Origin: Candidatus Woesearchaeota archaeon
Lineage (GTDB): Archaea > Nanobdellota > Nanobdellia > Pacearchaeales > GW2011-AR1
Reading direction: 5' to 3'
DNA: 36,148 nucleotides
Assembly: GCA_964588735.1 (NCBI GenBank)
Contig: CAZPQF010000001.1
Span: forward strand, 7,273-43,420
Position numbers and translations under genes: made by a program. The notes under the pieces are model-generated. The model searched no databases. It was not told the DNA's origin and saw nothing but the letters and a program-made list of their open reading frames with translations. Shown piece by piece: positions 17,053 to 24,493 of the stretch; within the stretch, counting starts at the first letter, position 1, and each line of letters starts with the position of its first letter.

Positions 17053-20000
17053 CTATTCCATAAATATCGCCGGCTTATTAGGTTTTGCTTTTTTAGCCCA
17101 GTTATTTGAGTCATATTTTTTCTTGTCTGCAACAGAAAAAATTTCAATTTTCAAATTAGTCCTTTTTCTAATATCTTGGATACTATTTTTATATAACTCT
17201 AATTCCTTAGGCAGAACATAGATATAAGCTCTAGTGGCATATTTACCTTGTTTATCTTTCATTATTTTATTTATATTTTTAATATCCCCAACTAATTTTT
17301 CAACAGCCGCATCTTCTTTTTCAAATTTTTCATTAATCTTCTTCTCATCAACTACAGGCCATTTTTCTAAACTAATAAAATTTTTATTTCCTATTCTATG
17401 CCATAATTCTTCTGTAATATGCGGGCAAAAAACATGTAATAATTTTAAAAAACTTTCTGTATATTTTTTTGAAATTTCTTTATTTTTCAAAGAATCCATT
17501 GATTCAAATAATTCACGAATTTCAATAACAGCTAAATTATATTTAAAATCTTCAATATTTTCTGTTATCTTTTTTATTGTTTTATTAATTTTACTTTCAA
17601 ATCTCTCATTACTTTTTCCAATTTTTTTCTCGATATTTGCAAAATAATCAATAACTTTATTAATAAATTTTAAACTTCCATTAATTCCTTTATCACTCCA
17701 AACAACATCTTTATCAGGACTTGCAGTAGAGACTAAAAACAATCTTGCTGTATCAATACCATATTTTTTAGAGACTTTTTCAGGTAAAACTACATTTCCA
17801 CGAGATTTGCTCATAACAGCGCCGTCAGGACCATGCAACATGCCTTGATTAAATAATTTAATAAAAGGTTCATCACTTTTAATCAAGCCTAAATCTCTTA
17901 AAAATTTGTTATAAAATCTGGCATAAATTAAATGCATACAGGCATGCTCTGCACCGCCAATATATTGATCAACAGGCATCCAATAATTTGCTCTTTTTTT
18001 TTCAAATATTTTTTTTCTATTTTTAGGATCAGCATATCTTAAAAAATACCATGAAGAATTTACAAATGTATCCATTGTATCAGTTTCACGTCGAGCTTTT
18101 CCCTTACATTTAGGACATTTAACATTAACAAAATTTTTATTTGAAAGTAAAGGATTTCCTTTTCCAAATTTAACTTTTTCAGGAAGTTTTACAGGTAATT
18201 GTTTTTCAGGAATTGGAACTATACCGCATTTATCACAATAGACTATTGGAATAGGGGTTCCCCAATATCTTTGACGAGAAATTAACCAATCTTTTAATTT
18301 ATATTGTGTTGTTTCTTTAGCTAATTTTTTGTCTTTTAAATATTTTGTAATTTCTTTTTTAGCTTTTTCATTATTCAAACCATTAAACTTACCAGAATTT
18401 ATTAATTTTCCTTGTTCAATATAAGCTCTTTCATTAATGTTGCCCTTTTCTCCTTTAATTACTCCTTTTATAGGAAGTTTATATTTTTTTGCAAACTCAA
18501 AATCTCTTTGGTCATGTGCTGGAACAGCCATAACCATTCCACTTCCATAATCTGCAACAACAAAATTACCGACCCATATTGGAATTTTTTCATTTGTTAT
18601 AGGATTAATTGAATAACTTCCTGTAAAAACTCCTTGTTTTTCAAGTTCTTCTATATTTTTTTCACTGGTTGATTTTACTTTTGTCAAAAACTTTTCAACC
18701 TGTTTTTTTTGTTTGTCAGTAATTAGATTCATAAGTTGCGGATGTTGTGCGCTTATTACCATAAAAGTAACTCCAAAAAGTGTATCTGGACGTGTTGTAA
18801 ATATCGGCCATTTCTGAACAATTTCATTCAATAATTCTGGAAACTCTTCTGTGCCCATATATCCTTTACAAAAATGCCCATAACCTTTTCCCAAATGAAT
18901 TAATTTTCCACCAAGTTCTTTTTGATATTCATATGCATTAGGAATGTGATAAGATATATCATCATCTGCTGTAAAGATTATAAGTTTATCAAAATTATTT
19001 TTTATATTTAAATCAGCTTTTGAAGCATAAAAATTATTTAATAAATGATTGCTTTCATGACCTGCTTTTCCAGGAGATACTAAAATTAGTTTTTTAATTT
19101 TTTTTCCTGTCTCTGCTAACCATCTAACTAAAAAAGCCCCTCCAGCACTATGCCCAATCAAAATAGTATTTTCATTAACTATTAATTTATCCATAATAGA
19201 TTTCCATTCATCATATTTCGGGGCCCAGGCTGTAGGCATCTCTGGAGTGATAGTTTTAATTCCTCTTTTTTCAAGTTCTCTTTTTAACCATGGAAACCAA
19301 TGATTTAAGCTATGTGGAATATAACCCTTTTCTTTTGTTCTATCTTTAGATGGAGAACCATGAACAATTACAACATTTGAGATTATATTATCAGGAGTTT
19401 CAACCTCAAACATAATCTCTGTTCCATAACTTTTTCCAATCCAATTTTTCTGCATTATTTTAATTCTTTCAGGCCATTTTAATTTTTCAGCATCTTTTAA
19501 TAATTCGTCTGCATATTTTGTAATTTTAAAAAACCATTGTTCTAGATGTTTAATTTCAACTTCTGTATCTTCATGACGCCAGCATTTTCCATTATGAACC
19601 TGTTCATTAGCTAAAACTGTTTTACATTTTTTACACCAATTAACAGGTGCTTTTTTTCTATATGCAAGTCCTTTCTCAAACATTTTAAGAAAAATCCATT
19701 GATCCCATTTATAATAATTTGAATCATGTGTTTTTACAATTCTGCTCCAATCATAACCCAACCCCAATGATTTTTGTTGTTTAATAAAATTTTTAATAGC
19801 ATTTTCAGTAAATTTTTTTGGATGTTGTCCTGCTTTTATTGCAGCATTTTCTGCTGGCAATCCTAAACTATCATAACCCATTGGATATAATACATTAAAA
19901 TTATTCATTCTTTTAAAACGAGCATAAATATCACCTATTGTATAATTAAATGCATGCCCCATATGTAATCCACTTCCACTTGGATATGGAAACATTTCAA

Positions 20001-20130
20001 GAACATAAAATTTCTCTTTTCCTTTTATATTATCTTTAACTTGGAAAATTTTTTTCTTTGCCCATTCTTTCTGCCATTTTCTTTCTATCTTATTAAAATT
20101 GAATTTTGATTTTCCAGTTTTATTTTTCAT
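17053..20130 (-). CDS. leuS: Leucyl-tRNA synthetase (bacterial-type layout) with an embedded alpha/beta serine-hydrolase domain
   Basis: Motifs seen: HMGH (HIGH), the CKKCKT..CWRH zinc cluster, KNWIGKS, TTRPDT and AVPAHDQRDFEFA (CP1 editing), RQRYWGTPIP, the CDKCG..CPKCKG cluster, DTFVNSSWY, VMSKS. About 190 extra residues lie at aa ~250-440. Confidence 0.95.
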   Translation of the reverse strand: MKNKTGKSKFNFNKIERKWQKEWAKKKIFQVKDNIKGKEKFYVLEMFPYPSGSGLHMGHAFNYTIGDIYARFKRMNNFNVLYPMGYDSLGLPAENAAIKAGQHPKKFTENAIKNFIKQQKSLGLGYDWSRIVKTHDSNYYKWDQWIFLKMFEKGLAYRKKAPVNWCKKCKTVLANEQVHNGKCWRHEDTEVEIKHLEQWFFKITKYADELLKDAEKLKWPERIKIMQKNWIGKSYGTEIMFEVETPDNIISNVVIVHGSPSKDRTKEKGYIPHSLNHWFPWLKRELEKRGIKTITPEMPTAWAPKYDEWKSIMDKLIVNENTILIGHSAGGAFLVRWLAETGKKIKKLILVSPGKAGHESNHLLNNFYASKADLNIKNNFDKLIIFTADDDISYHIPNAYEYQKELGGKLIHLGKGYGHFCKGYMGTEEFPELLNEIVQKWPIFTTRPDTLFGVTFMVISAQHPQLMNLITDKQKKQVEKFLTKVKSTSEKNIEELEKQGVFTGSYSINPITNEKIPIWVGNFVVADYGSGMVMAVPAHDQRDFEFAKKYKLPIKGVIKGEKGNINERAYIEQGKLINSGKFNGLNNEKAKKEITKYLKDKKLAKETTQYKLKDWLISRQRYWGTPIPIVYCDKCGIVPIPEKQLPVKLPEKVKFGKGNPLLSNKNFVNVKCPKCKGKARRETDTMDTFVNSSWYFLRYADPKNRKKIFEKKRANYWMPVDQYIGGAEHACMHLIYARFYNKFLRDLGLIKSDEPFIKLFNQGMLHGPDGAVMSKSRGNVVLPEKVSKKYGIDTARLFLVSTASPDKDVVWSDKGINGSLKFINKVIDYFANIEKKIGKSNERFESKINKTIKKITENIEDFKYNLAVIEIRELFESMDSLKNKEISKKYTESFLKLLHVFCPHITEELWHRIGNKNFISLEKWPVVDEKKINEKFEKEDAAVEKLVGDIKNINKIMKDKQGKYATRAYIYVLPKELELYKNSIQDIRKRTNLKIEIFSVADKKKYDSNNWAKKAKPNKPAIFME
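18811..19383 (-). other. In-frame RBBP9/YdeN-type serine hydrolase (Ser_hydrolase alpha/beta fold) domain inside leuS
   Basis: Blocks seen: VVIVHGSP, HWFPWLKRELEKRGIKTITPEMP, TILIGHSAGGAFLVRWLAE (GxSxG; the codons of ILIGHSAG map to 19141-19170), LILVSP, IIFTADDD, GYGHF, EEFPELLNEIV. Confidence 0.8.
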
Positions 20131-20159
20131 TTTATCTTTTATTATAAATAAAATTTGAT

Positions 20160-20453
20160 TTAAATTGTTTGTGTTTTTTGTTCAAGTCTCTGTTTTCTTT
20201 TGAATCTCTCTGCTTTCTTTGCCCGCCCTATTTCAAATTCCTTAATATCTATTTGCGTAGCTTCATCTATAATAAAATCTCCATTATTGGAATGTATCAA
20301 ATTATAGATTCCTTTGATATTATATTGTCTTCCTTTTGAACAAAAATTTCCATCATTATATTTTCCTATCTTTAATGATTCATACCAATCATTCCCAATT
20401 AGATTGCTTATCTTTATTATTTTTCTTGTTTCTCTATTCATTTTTTTCTCCAT
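20160..20453 (-). CDS. Hypothetical protein (97 aa) directly upstream of leuS
   Basis: ORF with a basic C-terminal tail and no recognisable family. An alternative ATG lies 4 codons in. Confidence 0.4.
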   Translation of the reverse strand: MEKKMNRETRKIIKISNLIGNDWYESLKIGKYNDGNFCSKGRQYNIKGIYNLIHSNNGDFIIDEATQIDIKEFEIGRAKKAERFKRKQRLEQKTQTI

Positions 20454-20770
20454 CCATTTTATTTTCTTGTTCTAAGAGTCGCACAGCAATAGCAAAAAAA
20501 TAAAAAAACCATCAAAACATTCATTCCAAAAGATTAAGTGGAATGAAAATTTATAACACGACTAATAGAACCAAGACTAACATAACAACATTCAACATAA
20601 GCATCATCATATTAGCTTTCATAATTTTCCAAGAAACTTAATGTTTATAAAATTATCTTATAATTGCTTCAATACAATTTCTTCAATTCCAGAAACATTT
20701 GCTTTTCTTAGTGCTTTTTGAATATCTTTAATATTATAAGCACCAGAATTTTTTGTAACAATCAAAAACC

Positions 20771-20777
20771 TTAAATA
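20771..20777 (+). promoter_or_regulatory. TATA-like box (TTAAATA) at -29..-23 of the ATG at 20800
   Basis: Supported by spacing, and followed immediately by the palindrome at 20779-20800. Confidence 0.4.
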
Positions 20778-20778
20778 C

Positions 20779-20800
20779 TATGTAACAATTATGTTACATA
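20779..20800. promoter_or_regulatory. Perfect 9-bp inverted repeat TATGTAACA-ATTA-TGTTACATA between the TATA box and the start codon; candidate operator
   Basis: Read directly from the sequence. It overlaps the first ATG (20791) and abuts the second ATG (20800) of the wHTH-MNT gene. Confidence 0.5.
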
Positions 20801-21348
20801 TGGAACAGAAAGATTACAAACTTGAAATTGTGAATGAATTATTAAAAAACACCAAGCATGTAAGAGGAATAGCCAAAAATTTTAATATTAATCATATGCT
20901 AATATCAAGAAAAATAAAAGAACTTGAAAAAGAGAATATTGTTGACTTTAAAAAAGAAGGAAAAAACAAAAGATATTTTCTAAAAAAAACCATAGAAGCG
21001 AAGAATTATATATTTACAGCTGAAAATTATAAATTAAATCAAATATTAAAAAAATATTCAAACTTAAGAAGAATAATTGAAAAAATACAAAAAGACAACA
21101 GAATAAAACTTGCCGTATTATTCGGCTCATATGCTAAAGGTATTGCAAAAAAAGAGAGTGATATAGATATCTACATAAATACAGAAAATCTAAAGATAAA
21201 AAGAGAATTAAGCCAGTTTGACACGCGATTAAGCATAAAAACAGGGAAATATAATAAATCAAGTCTTCTTATAAAAGAGATAGAAAAAAATCACGTAATA
21301 ATAAAAGGAGTTGAATTATACTATAAAAAAAATAAATTTTTTGCATAA
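20791..21348 (+). CDS. wHTH-fused minimal nucleotidyltransferase (MNT component of a HEPN/MNT module)
   Basis: The N-terminal wHTH reads IAKNFNINHMLISRKIKELEKENIV. The nucleotidyltransferase core reads LAVLFGSYAKGIAKKESDIDIYI (GS...DxD). The real start is probably the ATG at 20800 (MEQKDYK). Confidence 0.8.
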   Translation: MLHMEQKDYKLEIVNELLKNTKHVRGIAKNFNINHMLISRKIKELEKENIVDFKKEGKNKRYFLKKTIEAKNYIFTAENYKLNQILKKYSNLRRIIEKIQKDNRIKLAVLFGSYAKGIAKKESDIDIYINTENLKIKRELSQFDTRLSIKTGKYNKSSLLIKEIEKNHVIIKGVELYYKKNKFFA

Positions 21349-21920
21349 GCTGACAAAGGAAAAAAAGTTGGAGATTGTTGAGCCATCTGAAGAAATTAAA
21401 GAATCTTACACCAGAAAATCAGAAAGTAACTTAATTTCCTCTAAAATTCTTCTTGAAAATCAAAAAATCCCTGTGTATTACCAACACTTAAAAGTGTTGG
21501 TTTGTTTTGGGATTTTAGGATGCTCAAGATTGCATTCAACCACATCTTGAAAGATGTGGTTTTCTGCATCAGCAATCTTGACATAACAAACTTGAAGAAG
21601 CAATTGCATTAACTTATTATAGCATGTATCGTATGCTAACCGCCCTATTATTTAAAATAGGGATAAAATGTGAAAATCACTCTGCTTCAATAATTTTATT
21701 AAAAGAGATATTTGACATAGATAATAAAAACATCTCCTTAGCAAAAGAAGAAAGAATAGACAAACAATATTATACTGGATTTCATATAACTAAACGCGAA
21801 GTTATAAGTGCTATAAAAAATGCAGAAATTTTCAATAGCAATCTTCTTGATTTTATCTCAAAATTAAACAATAACAATATAAAAGAGTATAGAGAAAAAT
21901 TCAAAAAAATAATAGAGTAA
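21311..21920 (+). pseudogene. HEPN-domain partner of the MNT gene, interrupted by a 118-nt structured insert (exon-like parts 21311-21463 and 21582-21920)
   Basis: Part 1 (frame 2) ends ...SNLISSKILLENQ. Part 2 (frame 0) is open from 21582 and reads HNKLEEAIALTYYSMYRMLTALLFKIGIKCENHSASIILL...AKEERIDKQYY. Together they form one HEPN-like protein of ~163 aa. The track start at 21311 is a TTG, so the start is uncertain. Confidence 0.7.
21464..21581 (+). other. 118-nt two-hairpin insert splitting the HEPN gene (intron-like or small mobile/structured element)
   Basis: Hairpin 1 (21464-21516) has an AAAATCCC/GGGATTTT outer stem and a CCAACAC/GTGTTGG inner stem. Hairpin 2 (21524-21581) has a TCAAGATTGC/GCAATCTTGA outer stem and an AACCACATCT/AGATGTGGTT inner stem. 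It is visibly more GC-rich than its flanks. Confidence 0.6.
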
Positions 21921-21936
21921 ATACCCGAACCACTAA

Positions 21937-21946
21937 TCTTAAAAAT
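21937..21946 (+). promoter_or_regulatory. TATA-like box (TCTTAAAAAT) at -30..-21 of the endA ATG
   Basis: Supported by spacing only. Confidence 0.4.
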
Positions 21947-21966
21947 CTCCTATTCTTCTTATATTC

Positions 21967-22482
21967 ATGACAATAAAAGCAATTTTTACAGGAGAAAATA
22001 TTTTTAGTAATGCAAAAGATGCATTTGCTCTTTATGAGAAAAGCAGATTTGGAGAACAAAAAGCAGGAAAAATAAAATATGCATTAGTTGAAGCATTATT
22101 TTTAACAAATAAAAATAAAGCAGAGATTTATAGTGGAAATAAAAAATTAACATTTGACCAGCTTTTAAGAAAATGTAAGAAAATAGATAAAAAAATAGAA
22201 ACAAAATTTGCTGTTTTCTCAGATTTAAGAGAAAGAGGATATATTGTTAAAACAGCTCTTAAATTTGGAGCAGACCTTAGAGTATATGATAAAGGAAAAA
22301 AACCAGGACAAGCTCACGCAAAATGGATAGTCTTTCCAGTAAATGAAAATCAGTCTCTTACTTGGCATGAATTTTCCTCAAAAAACAGAGTTGCTCATAG
22401 CACTAAGAAAAATCTTCTAATTGCCATCGTCGATGAAGAGGGAGATTGTACATATTACCAAGTCTCATGGATAAAGCCCTAA
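21967..22482 (+). CDS. endA: tRNA-splicing endonuclease, short single-unit (alpha-type) subunit of 171 aa
   Basis: Motifs seen: LVEALFL, LRERGYIVKTALKFGADLRVYDKG...AHAKWIVFPV, and RVAHSTKKNLLIAIVD. The Y/H/K catalytic contexts are typical of EndA. Confidence 0.85.
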   Translation: MTIKAIFTGENIFSNAKDAFALYEKSRFGEQKAGKIKYALVEALFLTNKNKAEIYSGNKKLTFDQLLRKCKKIDKKIETKFAVFSDLRERGYIVKTALKFGADLRVYDKGKKPGQAHAKWIVFPVNENQSLTWHEFSSKNRVAHSTKKNLLIAIVDEEGDCTYYQVSWIKP

Positions 22483-22803
22483 TCATTTAGCAAAAGTACT
22501 TTTTTCTTCTAAATTTAAATTTTGTTTAGACGAAGTAGCTCCCCATTTTCCAATTTTTTTTTAATTCACTCAATTCTAAAGGTTGTTGTAATTTAGTATC
22601 ACAAAGAATTCCTTTATCATTAAAATATAAAGAACCAACATCAGTCAGAACTTCAATACTTGAATTAATAACATCATTATTATATGCTCTAATTAATGAA
22701 TCATAACTTTACCATTAATAATATAAACCATAAATAGAATTAATTAAATTAATTTATAAAGATTATTATAATAAAGATATCTACTAGACTTCCCTACAAC
22801 AAA

Positions 22804-22811
22804 CTTTATAA
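22804..22811 (+). promoter_or_regulatory. TATA-like box (CTTTATAA) at -30..-23 of the 22834 ATG
   Basis: Supported by spacing only. Confidence 0.4.
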
Positions 22812-22833
22812 CTTTAAAGAATTCTAAATAAAT

Positions 22834-23934
22834 ATGGATATTGAAGCTAAAAAAAAGGTAGAAAATTTTTATGCTAATTTAATAAAAAATAGAAGCAATT
22901 CTCAAAATAAAGAAAATCAAGACTTTTCAAATATAAATCAAGAGAACTCTAATCAAAATAATCCTCCACAATCTAAAGCAAAAGAAGTTCAAGACCACAC
23001 AAAAACAAGAGAAAAAATTTTGCAGGTATTAAAAATAAAGGGCCCTAGTCTGCCTGTACATTTAGCAAGAGAAACAGGCATTAGTATGTTATTTGCTGGT
23101 GCTTTTCTTTCTGAATTAATAAGAGAAAGAGAAGTAAAAACAAGTAATATGAAAGTTGGAGGCTCTCCTATTTACTTAATACCTGGACAAGAATCTAAAC
23201 TTGAAGAATTTGGAGATAAATTTCTTAAAAGTAGAGAAAAAGAAGCATTTTTAAAATTAAAACAAAATAAAGTTTTAAAAGATTCAGAACAAGAACCAGC
23301 AATTAGAGTTGCTCTCCGTTCATTAAGTGACTTTGCATTTCCTTTACAAATTAACAATGAATTATATTGGAGATATTTTTTAACCAAAAATAATGAAACA
23401 ACAGATTTAATCAAAAAATATCAATCAAATAAACAAAATTCAGAAAAATATGGACAACAAGAAAAAATTAAAGAAAAACAAATAATTAAACCGCAAACAA
23501 AAATAAAACAGCCAACAGAAAAAAAATCTGAACAAAAAACAGAAAAAGAATCAGCAAAAGAAAAACCTTTGATTCAAATTAAAGAACAGCAAAAAAAAGG
23601 CAGAAAAAAACAAAAATCAAAATTTGTAAGCAGTGTAATTGAATTTTTACAAATAAATGATATTGAACTTCTAGAAGAAATTAATTTTAAAAAAAGAGAA
23701 TATGAAGCAAAAACAAGAATAAATTCTGATTTGGGAAAAATAAAGTACTATGTAATTGCAAAAAATAAAAAAAGAGTAACAGATAATGATTTAACAATTG
23801 CAAGTCAAAAAAGTCAAGAAGAAAAAATGCCTGTTTTATTTGTTTCAACAGGAAAATTAAACAAAAAAGCTAAAGAATATTTGAAAAATTGGGAAAATTT
23901 AATAGTGTTCAAACAATTAAACAGCAAAGTTTAA
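22834..23934 (+). CDS. Hypothetical winged-helix DNA-binding protein with a K/Q-rich linker and a possibly nuclease-fold C-terminal domain
   Basis: The wHTH-like segment reads REKILQVLKIKGPSLPVHLARETGISMLFAGAFLSELIREREVKTSNMKVGGSPIYLIPGQE. The C-terminal segment EYEAKTRI..KIKYYVIAKNKKRVTDNDL...PVLFVSTGKLNKKAKEYL is reminiscent of Mrr-type restriction-endonuclease-like domains, but this is a weak call. Confidence 0.5.
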   Translation: MDIEAKKKVENFYANLIKNRSNSQNKENQDFSNINQENSNQNNPPQSKAKEVQDHTKTREKILQVLKIKGPSLPVHLARETGISMLFAGAFLSELIREREVKTSNMKVGGSPIYLIPGQESKLEEFGDKFLKSREKEAFLKLKQNKVLKDSEQEPAIRVALRSLSDFAFPLQINNELYWRYFLTKNNETTDLIKKYQSNKQNSEKYGQQEKIKEKQIIKPQTKIKQPTEKKSEQKTEKESAKEKPLIQIKEQQKKGRKKQKSKFVSSVIEFLQINDIELLEEINFKKREYEAKTRINSDLGKIKYYVIAKNKKRVTDNDLTIASQKSQEEKMPVLFVSTGKLNKKAKEYLKNWENLIVFKQLNSKV

Positions 23935-23937
23935 ATA
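23930..23937 (+). promoter_or_regulatory. TATA-like box (TTTAAATA, preceded by AAAG) at -30..-23 of the rps17e ATG
   Basis: Supported by spacing. It overlaps the stop codon of the upstream gene. Confidence 0.4.
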
Positions 23938-23959
23938 TGCTTATAAATAGCAATATAAA

Positions 23960-24136
23960 ATGGGGAGAATAAAATCTACATTAATTAAAAGAACAGCAAG
24001 AAAATTATTAGAAGAAAGTAATAGTTTTAGTGACAATTTTAAAAAAAATAAACAATTGATTGGAAAAACAATGCCTAGTAAAAAACTGAGAAATAAGATT
24101 GCAGGTTATATCACAAGATTAAAAAAACAAAAGTAA
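23960..24136 (+). CDS. rps17e: Ribosomal protein S17e (eS17)
   Basis: Below the track's size cutoff. My translation is MGRIKSTLIKRTARKLLEESNSFSDNFKKNKQLIGKTMPSKKLRNKIAGYITRLKKQK. The MGR..IKR N-terminus and the RNKIAGY motif are typical of archaeal S17e. Confidence 0.8.
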   Translation: MGRIKSTLIKRTARKLLEESNSFSDNFKKNKQLIGKTMPSKKLRNKIAGYITRLKKQK

Positions 24137-24150
24137 TACTAAATAAATTT

Positions 24151-24157
24151 AGGAGGT
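24151..24157 (+). promoter_or_regulatory. Shine-Dalgarno-like AGGAGGT 10 nt upstream of the albA ATG
   Basis: Read directly. This is consistent with albA being an internal gene of an rps17e-albA transcript. Confidence 0.5.
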
Positions 24158-24167
24158 CAGTAATCAA

Positions 24168-24464
24168 ATGGCAGACGAAAAAACAGCAGATAATGTTGTT
24201 TTCATTGGAAACAAACCTTTTATGAACTATGTGACAGGTGTTGTAATGCAATTTGCAACAAAAGGAAGTAAAGACGTGGTGATAAAAGCAAGAGGTAAAT
24301 TTATTGCAAGAGCAGTAGATGTTGCAGAAGTTGCAAGAAAAAGATTTCTAAAAGACCACAAAATAGATGTAAATGACATCAAAATAGACAGTGAAGAATT
24401 TGAAAACAAAGAAGGCAAAAAGGTAAATGTTTCAACAATAGAAATCGCACTTGTTAAGAAATAA
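24168..24464 (+). CDS. albA: DNA/RNA-binding protein Alba
   Basis: NVVFIGNKPFMNYVTGVVMQF...VVIKARGKFIARAVDVAEVARKRF is a typical Alba fold sequence. Confidence 0.9.
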   Translation: MADEKTADNVVFIGNKPFMNYVTGVVMQFATKGSKDVVIKARGKFIARAVDVAEVARKRFLKDHKIDVNDIKIDSEEFENKEGKKVNVSTIEIALVKK

Positions 24465-24493
24465 AAACAATTTATCAATATAAAGATTTTTTC

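Noticed and set aside
18811-19383. The LeuRS insert as an intein.
   Set aside because: There is no Cys/Ser at the N-terminal junction, no His-Asn followed by Cys/Ser/Thr at the C-terminal junction, and no homing-endonuclease blocks. The insert instead matches an alpha/beta serine hydrolase with an intact triad.
20550-20621. A 23-aa hydrophobic mini-ORF (MKANMMMLMLNVVMLVLVLLVVL) on the minus strand upstream of the MNT locus, considered as a type I toxin-like peptide.
   Set aside because: It is too short to evaluate and I found no promoter, SD or antisense RNA. It could easily be fortuitous.
21464-21581. The HEPN insert as an H/ACA or C/D box guide RNA, as a MITE, or as a T4 gene-60-like translational bypass element.
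   Set aside because: For H/ACA: an ACA follows hairpin 2, but the internal loops are very asymmetric (4/10 nt) and no K-turn or K-loop is visible. For C/D: no RUGAUGA or CUGA boxes. For a MITE: no terminal inverted repeats or target-site duplication. For bypass: matching AAA codons at 21464-21466 and 21588-21590 are trivial in this genome, and no stop codon follows the putative take-off site. None can be fully excluded without data, so the element is reported as unclassified.
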